Both the position numbers and the translations under genes were made by a program. Of a stretch of DNA of 7,512 nt, positions 1-5,880 are shown piece by piece. A model generated the notes under the pieces. That model was given only the letters and a program-made list of their open reading frames with translations, did no database searches and was not told the DNA's origin. Origin of the DNA: Fonticula alba ATCC 38817. Lineage: Eukaryota > Protista > Nucleariida. Each line of letters starts with the position of its first letter. Within the stretch, counting starts at the first letter, position 1. Location of the stretch: assembly GCA_000388065.2 (NCBI GenBank), contig KB932204.1; one strand, written 5' to 3'.

Positions 1-125
1 GGGGCCTGCCCTGGCCAACTTGCCCTGGCGCGCCGTGTGCTGACATCGTCCCGCTTTGCTGGGTCCCGACTGGCGCCGGTGGCACGGGCCCGGTGCGTGG
101 GCTTTCGCTGTCGGCCGCCCTCCAG

Positions 126-227
126 GAGGAGGCCCGGATCTATGCCCTGAATGAGGAAGGCTCGAAGGCCACGGTTGGTCAGCAGGCGCTGGAGCCGAAC
201 CAGCTGAACCTGGACAGCCTGTCGAAG
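126..227 (+). CDS. Exon 1 in window: end of propeptide / start of mature protease (EEARIYALNEEGSKATVGQQALEPNQLNLDSLSK)
   Basis: Acceptor CTCCAG ending 125 after an AG-free stretch 1-123; donor GTGCGC at 228; phase-0 join to exon 2; NLDSL aligns with the S8A (W)GLDRI motif. Confidence 0.8.
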
Positions 228-241
228 GTGCGCCGCTCGGT

Positions 242-305
<64 letters not shown>

Positions 306-2812
306 CCGTGTGTGCCCGTGTGCCCGTGTGCCCGTGTGCCCGTGTGCCCGTGTGCCCGTGTGCCCGTGTGCCCGTGGGCCCGTGTGAGAGTGTGTGCGCA
401 CTGTGCTAATGCCTGGGATCCATGGTCTCCCTCGGGTCGCGCGCGTGTGCCCCCGCGCTTCCCCATGTGCACACGCGCCGGCGGGGGCGATATGCAGGAC
501 AACTTCGGCATCTTCTCCGGCTCGTACCAGTACAACTTCACCGGGCGCAATGTGACGGTCTTCGTTCTGGACACCGGCCTGTGGGTCAACCACCTGGAGT
601 TCGAGGGCCGCGCCCAGCTGTACGAGTCGTATGCCGGCAGCGACTGCGCCGACTGCAACGGCCATGGCACGCATGTGGGCGGCATCGTCGGCGGCAAGAC
701 CTTCGGCGTGGCCAAGGAGGCCAATATCTTCTCCATCAAGGGTGCGCACCGGCGCGCGGCTGCCTTCTCCGGGGGGCGGGGGAGGGGGGGGGGGTGGCCC
801 TCTTTCGCCGTGGCCCATGGCCGCGCCGGTACTTGGTTCTCGATGTCTGACCGGCAACCGCGCCGGCGGGGTAACCCGCTTCGCGCTGCGCTCCCTGTGT
901 GTCTCGGTGCCCCGGTGCCCGGACCTACCTCTGTGGCCGCCGCCGCCGCCGCCGTCCCCCTATATCCCGCCCTTGCCTACGTCGCCATGCGCCGTCTTTC
1001 CCGGCTGCTCGCTGGCCCATCCTCGCCCCTCCCCCCCTCCCCCCTCCCCCCGATGCATGCAGTCCTTGGCGACGACGGCAATGGCACCATGTTCGACCTG
1101 ATCACCGGCATCTACGACGTGGCGGACAGCCCCTTCTTCCCCAAGGTGGCGGTCATGTCCCTCGGTGGGACCGTGGCCAGCGCGGCCCTGGAGAAGGCCC
1201 TCGAGTGCGTGCCATGCAGGGTGTCCCCCCGCATGGGGGTCCCTTTTGCGCCCTCCTCGCCGGGCCCCATGCCGGAGCTTCTGCGCGTGTCTCTCGCTGT
1301 GTCCCTCTCTCTCTCTCTCGCCCCTCCCCCGCCCAGTTGGCAGGAAGGAGCACCACTGACCGCCATCCTGTGCACATGCTGCCATTCTCGGCCATCCCGC
1401 CGCTGCTCTCCTCGCCCCGGCCCGGGCACCATATTGTCTCCGGTCTCGCGCGTGCCCGCACACACACACACACACACACAGATACGCCCATAAGCGCGGG
1501 GTGGTGCTGGTGGCCGCCGCTGGCAATGAGGCCGACAATGCATGCTCCTATGCCCCGGGCAAGTCGAAGTTCGTCATCTCGGTGGGTGGTACGTATGCCG
1601 CCGGGGGGCCCGTGCTCGGGCCTGCCCGCCGGTGGGTCCCCCCCTCCCCCCGCCTCCATGCCGCGCCCCGAGAGGGGATCACCATTGCCCGGCTTGCGTG
1701 CGCGCCAAGGCCCCCTCACACACGTGGCTCTCGTTTTTTCGCCCCCCCTCCCCCCCGCTCCCGCTCCCGGTCCCGGTCCCGGGGTCGGCCCCAGCCCACG
1801 ACTCGAACGGCGTCCCCAGCTCCTTCAGCAACTACGGCGAGTGCATCGACATCTATGCGCCGGGGAATCGCATTCGCAGCGCCGTGTCCGGCACCCATGA
1901 CCAGGAGATGTTCATCCAGACGAGCGCCATCAACCCACTGGTGTCGAAGAAGGACGCCCGCAATGCGATGGTCGGCTACAAGTCCGGAACCAGGTGCGTG
2001 CGCCCGGCCAAGGGGCCGGGGGCCGGGGGAGGCGTCTGTCGACCTGTCGCTCCCCCCCCCCCCCTCGCTCCACAAAGAGCGGCCGCCTCCCGCCGGGCCT
2101 GTGCCGTGTGCCAGCACTGCCGGTGCTCCGGTGCAGGCACAGTGCCCGTCCTTTTTTTTTTTCCCCATATGACCGCCGACTCACATGCTGTGGCACGCCG
2201 TTCCGCGCCGCGCGATGGCCATGGGGCGCACCCAGTGTGGCGGCCCCCCATGTGGCCGGCATCGCGGCCATGCTCCTCGAGCAGAACCCCCTCCTGACGC
2301 CCGACGAAACCAAGGCCCTGATCCTGGCCCAGACCAAGATCACCGGGGTCACCGAGTCGGCCGAGAACGGCGGCACCACCAAGCCCGCGGCCTACTCCCT
2401 GATCCAGGCCTCGCCGTGCGACGGCTTCTGCGACGCCTTCCTCATTGACCTGATCCCCCGGACCAGCGGCCGGACGCCGACCTTCTACCCGCCGGGAGCG
2501 GGGCCGCTCAAGGCCTGGCTCACCTGGCGCGAGGAGGACATCCTGCCGGAAATGCTGAGCATCCGCTTGCAGAAGTTCTCCCCCAAGTCGGAGTCCTGGG
2601 AGGACATCGACAATCTGACCGAGCCGAAGGTCCTGGTCGACGGCCTGGGCACCAAGCTCCAGCCCCAGCGCCAGGTGGCCATCCGCTTCGAGGTGCCGAC
2701 CGCCGGCGAGCCGTACCGCTATGTGGTCTCGCTGAAGCAGGTGCGTGCTGTGTGGGGCCCCTTTCTCCGGCCCCGGGGCGGGGGCATTTCCTCCGCTCTT
2801 TGGCCATTGTCG

Positions 2813-2844
<32 letters not shown>

Positions 2845-5027
2845 GGCGCGCGCCGACCACCAACAAATGCCCGCCTGCTCTACCGAGGGATGTGTGTGTG
2901 TGTGTGTACTGACCCCCGGAAGTCCCACTGGGGCCGGCCTCTGCGCACTGGCATTCATGCGTGCATGTGTGCGTGCGCCTGTGTCCGTGCCTGTGCCCCG
3001 ACACGGTCCGTCTTCCCTGCACCCCGGGGGGAACGGGCACGCGCGCCTCTCCCGCCGGCCGAAACAGCCCTACTACCAGACCTTCAAGGTCCTCATCAAC
3101 TCGCAGACCACGCCGGCCTGCGTGGCTGAGACCGACTGCAATGGCAACGGCATCTGCAGCCGGGAGTCTTACCGCAGTGAGGTACGTGTGCGCGCGCGCG
3201 CCCGGCGGCCCGGCCGGGCCCCGCCCTCCCTCGCTTCTTCGCCGGCACCTTTGCCGGGGCTTCGCGCCGGCATAGAGGCCCTGCTCTTTGCCGCTCGCTT
3301 GTGCGGGCCCTTGCTCTCCTTTCGCGCGAGAGAGCTCCCCGCAGGCCTCTCCTCCCGCCCTGGAGCGTGTATATCATCACACGCGAAGGGGGGGGGGGAG
3401 GCGAGGGCACCTAAACTCGGCGCCGCGCGCGCCCGTGCACATGCATTAACCGGAAGTACCTCCCGACCCTGGCGGTTTCCCCGCCCCCCCCGGCCGCGGC
3501 GCGTCATGCGCCCTCGGTCAGGTGCCCCTGCGCGTGCAGGCCGCAGACATGTGCATCTGCTCCAAGGAGTTCGCCGGGGACGCGTGCAACCGGCGGTCCT
3601 TCCACACCATGACCAAGTGCGTGGGCTCTTGCTTCTTTCCCTTCCCCGCCGCCCGCCCCCCCCCCCCCGGGGCCCGGCCGGCCTTTTTCCCTTTTGCTCG
3701 CGCGNNNNNNNNNNNNNNNNNNNNNNNNNNNNNNNNNNNNNNNNNNNNNNNNNNNNNNNNNNNNNNNNNNNNNNNNNNNNNNNNNNNNNNNNNNNNNNNN
3801 NNNNNNNNNNNNNNNNNNNNNNNNNNNNNNNNNNNNNNNNNNNNNNNNNNNNNNNNNNNNNNNNNNNNNNNNNNNNNNNNNNNNNNNNNNNNNNNNNNNN
3901 NNNNNNNNNNNNNNNNNNNNNNNNNNNNNNNNNNNNNNNNNNNNNNNNNNNNNNNNNNNNNNNNNNNNNNNNNNNNNNNNNNNNNNNNNNNNNNNNNNNN
4001 NNNNNNNNNNNNNNNNNNNNNNNNNNGGAGGCCGGGGGGCGGACAGGTCTCATTGGTGTCACGGTCCGGTGGCACCTGGGAGTTGTGGGCTTGCGCATCA
4101 TGTTCGCGGGCGCATACGGGGGGGGGGGACCGCCGCTCTCCCACTCAGAGCCCGCAATCTGCCGGGGCTCCGCCTGTCCAGTGTCTAACCATGCAACCGC
4201 CCCCCGCCCCCTTGCCCGTGTTCCTCCTCCCTCTGGTGGGGTCCCCGCGCGTGTGCGCGCCCCACCGGCATCCCGGCCGCCCGTCGCCATATCACAACCG
4301 ACGTGCCCCGCCGCCTCCCCCCCCCCCCGGCACAGGTGGCTGATGACCGGACTGGGCGTGGTGTTCCTCGTTGTGTCGGTGGTGTACCTGATTTACGAGG
4401 AGACGTGCGGCCGCCGGCGCCGGCAGCAGCGCGCCCTGGCCAAGCAGCAGCAGCTGGCCAACAAGCAGGCTAAGAAGGCCAAGAGCGCGGCCGCGGCCGC
4501 GGCAGCCGCGGCCCCGGTGGCCGCCCAGCCGGTGATGGCTCCGGCCCCGGCTCCGGCCCAGCCGGCGTCGGCCTTCGCGGCACCGGTCACCGAGGTCCCG
4601 GTCACCCCGTCGGAGATGATGCGTGCCCGTGCGTCCCGCCCCCTTGGGGTTGTCGTCTCGCACTGTGGCGGGCAGATACTCCCCTTGATCTCCGTGGCGC
4701 CCTGTGCTCCTCGCTCGCCCCTGCTCGGCTTTTTTTTTTCATCTGCACGCCCTGTCACCTCATGTTGCCCATGACCAATGGCTCCCTCCCATCCCCCCCC
4801 CCCCTCCGCGCCCGCTCGCCCGCTCGCCCGCCCCACCCGGCCCCCCGCCCGCGGGTGGGCATATCTCCTCCCGATGCGCCGCTGCCCTTCGGGGCGCATA
4901 TGGGTGTCCGTGTGTGTGTGCGCGCCCGGGGCCGGCAGTGCATGAGCACCATTACGCCAACCTGGCATCCGGCCGGCCGAGCTCCAGCGCAGGGCCAGTG
5001 CACTATCCCTCGCCCTACTATCGCTAG
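126..5027 (+). CDS. Multi-exon, 5'-partial type I membrane subtilisin-like serine protease (S8A, proteinase K/aqualysin-like) with PPC-like domain, EGF-like module, TM helix and cytosolic tail
   Basis: Manual splicing of 10 exons gives a continuous 629-aa frame ending TAG 5025-5027. Catalytic motifs: VLDTG (Asp 570-572), NGHGTHVGG (His 663-665), AAAGN (oxyanion Asn 1525-1527), SGTSVAAPHVAG (Ser codon AG 1992-1993 + T 2236). S8A signatures: GKTFGVAKEA, MSLGG, SFSNYGECIDIYAPG, LEQNP. Intron phases 0,1,2,1,2,0,0,2,1 all match at donor and acceptor. Four N-glycosylation sequons (NFT, NVT, NGT, NLT) lie in the ectodomain. Signal peptide and most of the I9 propeptide lie upstream of the window. Confidence 0.92.
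245..296. repeat. (TG)26 microsatellite in intron 1
   Basis: Perfect dinucleotide run read directly. Confidence 0.97.
301..382. repeat. 8-bp tandem repeat (TGTGCCCG): 8 perfect copies plus flanking variants, intron 1
   Basis: Perfect copies 311-374; variants TGTGTCCG 301-308 and TGGGCCCG 375-382. Confidence 0.95.
498..741 (+). CDS. Exon 2: catalytic Asp and His region
   Basis: Acceptor ATGCAG ending 497; DNFGIFSGSYQYNFTGRNVTVFVLDTG...DCNGHGTHVGGIVGGKTFGVAKEANIFSIK; donor GTGCGC at 742 (phase 1). Confidence 0.95.
936..953. repeat. (GCC)6 in intron 2
   Basis: Read directly. Confidence 0.9.
1063..1204 (+). CDS. Exon 3: VLGDDGNG...VMSLGG substrate-binding strand
   Basis: Acceptor ATGCAG ending 1062; G+TC makes Val of IKVLG; donor GTGCGT at 1205 (phase 2). 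Confidence 0.93.
1459..1480. repeat. (CA)11 directly forming the intron 3 acceptor
   Basis: Last A of the repeat (1480) plus G1481 is the acceptor AG. Confidence 0.93.
1482..1588 (+). CDS. Exon 4: oxyanion-hole Asn region (EYAHKRGVVLVAAAGNEADNACSYAPGKSKFVISVG)
   Basis: Acceptor (CA)11-G ending 1481; GA+A makes Glu; donor GTACGT at 1589 (phase 1). Confidence 0.93.
1795..1993 (+). CDS. Exon 5: AHDSNGVPSSFSNYGECIDIYAPG...YKSGT, ends inside the catalytic Ser codon
   Basis: Acceptor CCCCAG ending 1794; G+CC makes Ala of VGAHD; donor GTGCGT at 1994 (phase 2). Confidence 0.93.
2236..2740 (+). CDS. Exon 6: catalytic Ser helix, end of S8 domain and most of the PPC-like domain
   Basis: Acceptor ACCCAG ending 2235; AG+T makes Ser, then VAAPHVAGIAAMLLEQNP; codons strongly G/C-ending; donor GTGCGT at 2741 (phase 0). 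Confidence 0.93.
2812..2847. repeat. (GGC)8 then degenerate GGT/GGC in intron 6
   Basis: Read directly. Confidence 0.9.
2891..2913 (+). other. (TG)8 followed immediately by TACTGAC, the best branch-point-like motif (intron 6)
   Basis: TACTGAC 2907-2913 is one mismatch from TACTAAC; putative branch A at 2912. Confidence 0.6.
3068..3181 (+). CDS. Exon 7: end of PPC-like domain and first half of EGF-like module (C1-C3)
   Basis: Acceptor AAACAG ending 3067; PYYQTFKVLINSQTTPACVAETDCNGNGICSRESYRSE; donor GTACGT at 3182 (phase 0). Confidence 0.88.
3119..3587 (+). other. EGF-like module (spans intron 7)
   Basis: C-x5-C-NGNGI-C-x(12 or 18)-C-I-C-SKEFAGDA-C: six Cys including the C-x-C-x5-G-x2-C EGF ending. 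Confidence 0.85.
3522..3616 (+). CDS. Exon 8: second half of EGF-like module (C4-C6) and juxtamembrane linker; alternative in-frame start at 3540
   Basis: Acceptor GGTCAG ending 3521 or GTGCAG ending 3539; (VPLRVQ)AADMCICSKEFAGDACNRRSFHTMT; donor GTGCGT at 3617 (phase 2). Confidence 0.85.
3705..4026. other. Assembly gap (322 N) inside intron 8
   Basis: N run. Confidence 0.99.
4336..4628 (+). CDS. Exon 9: transmembrane helix, basic stop-transfer cluster, Ala/Pro/Gln-rich cytosolic region
   Basis: Acceptor GCACAG ending 4335 (phase 2, AA+G makes Lys); WLMTGLGVVFLVVSVVYLIY (4337-4396) then EETCGRRRRQQR; donor GTGCGT at 4629 (phase 1). Confidence 0.85.
4939..5027 (+). CDS. Exon 10 (terminal): LHEHHYANLASGRPSSSAGPVHYPSPYYR-stop
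   Basis: Acceptor CGGCAG ending 4938 is the first AG after a 261-nt AG-free zone; C+TG makes Leu, matching the exon 9 donor phase; TAG 5025-5027. Confidence 0.75.
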
Positions 5028-5074
5028 ACGCCTCCATTAGTACCCCAGACCGCGCTCAAGCATATGGGCCCCAA

Positions 5075-5106
5075 TGTCTGTCTGTCTGTGTGTGTGTGTG
5101 TGTGTG
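5075..5106. repeat. (TGTC)3(TG)10 microsatellite in the presumed 3' UTR
   Basis: Read directly. Confidence 0.92.
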
Positions 5107-5495
5107 GGCGCGCGCGAGAGGAGGAGGAGGGCGCATCATCCCGGAGTCCGTGCGGGGGAACACGCTCGAGCGACGCGTCCGGAGGCTGCCAGAAATACGG
5201 TCCTGCCTGTGCCCCCGCCCCCTCGGGGCCCGCCCGCCCGCCCGCCAACTGTGTCTTCCAGCGGGAGAGATGGCGAAAAAGGGACCACCCGCAAGGCCCA
5301 CCCTGTGTCGGGCGGGCGGCGGCACATTTCGCCGCACCCCTGCGGGGGAAGAGACGCGAGCCCGCGCCCCGCCCCCCGCCCCGTCCCGGCGCGCGCGCCG
5401 CCTCTCGCCTCGTGGGCTTGGGGCTCGGCGATAAAAGAGCGCTGCCATTTTGTATCGGCCCCCCCTCCCTCCCCACCCAAAATCCCCCCAACGCG

Positions 5496-5880
5496 NNNNN
5501 NNNNNNNNNNNNNNNNNNNNNNNNNNNNNNNNNNNNNNNNNNNNNNNNNNNNNNNNNNNNNNNNNNNNNNNNNNNNNNNNNNNNNNNNNNNNNNNNNNNN
5601 NNNNNNNNNNNNNNNNNNNNNNNNNNNNNNNNNNNNNNNNNNNNNNNNNNNNNNNNNNNNNNNNNNNNNNNNNNNNNNNNNNNNNNNNNNNNNNNNNNNN
5701 NNNNNNNNNNNNNNNNNNNNNNNNNNNNNNNNNNNNNNNNNNNNNNNNNNNNNNNNNNNNNNNNNNNNNNNNNNNNNNNNNNNNNNNNNNNNNNNNNNNN
5801 NNNNNNNNNNNNNNNNNNNNNNNNNNNNNNNNNNNNNNNNNNNNNNNNNNNNNNNNNNNNNNNNNNNNNNNNNNNNNNNN
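5496..5880. other. Assembly gap (385 N)
   Basis: N run with C-rich left flank and poly-G right flank. Confidence 0.99.

Larger units (their letters stand above)
2411..3103 (+). other. PPC-like / aqualysin C-terminal-pro-like beta domain (spans intron 6)
   Basis: SPCDGFC...TFYPPGAGPLKAWLTW...IRLQKF...SW...PTAGEPYRYVV is alternating beta-type sequence matching my recollection of the C-terminal domain of Thermus aqualysin I. Not verified by search. Confidence 0.55.

Noticed and set aside
93-125. 33-nt mini-intron (GTGCGT at 93 to AG at 125)
   Set aside because: Far shorter than the other introns (206 nt or more); upstream frame is not propeptide-like; CTGAC at 40-44 fits a longer intron.
301-382. 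CRISPR-like or mobile-element repeat
   Set aside because: Contiguous 8-bp units with no spacers, inside a spliceosomal intron; no transposase or terminal repeats.
93-1493. 466-aa ORF as a single CDS starting at GTG 93
   Set aside because: Reads through introns 1-3 (VCVCVC, PPSPLPP); exons 1-3 merely share a frame and GC-rich introns lack stops.
1983-2000. Catalytically dead pseudo-protease (SGTR)
   Set aside because: Splicing 1993 to 2236 restores SGTS.
498-2300. SKI-1/S1P (MBTPS1) or furin/kexin orthologue
   Set aside because: GTSVA plus a TM recalls S1P, but HGTH, GKTFGVAK and SNYGxCxDIYAPG are proteinase K/aqualysin-type. The furin/kexin HGTRC and GTSA motifs are absent.
179-3040. Antisense ORFs overlapping the protease exons
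   Set aside because: Shadow ORFs caused by strongly G/C-ending codons on the plus strand.
3068-3616. EGF module acquired by classical phase 1-1 exon shuffling
   Set aside because: The module is split internally by a phase-0 intron and flanked by phase 0 and 2 introns.
4046-4120. Hydrophobic stretch GLIGVTVRWHLGVVGLRIMFAGAY as an extra exon or second TM
   Set aside because: Acceptor would be phase 1 (phase 2 needed) and no GTRCGY donor follows.
1994-4774. 926-aa ORF
   Set aside because: Starts at the intron 5 donor and crosses introns and an N gap; only exons 6, 7 and 9 are real in that frame.
5430-5436. GATAAAA as the polyadenylation signal
   Set aside because: Non-canonical, the organism's signal is unknown and there is no transcript evidence.
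3701-5495. Both contigs end in CGCG just before the gaps
   Set aside because: CGCG is very common here; chance or an assembly property, not biology.
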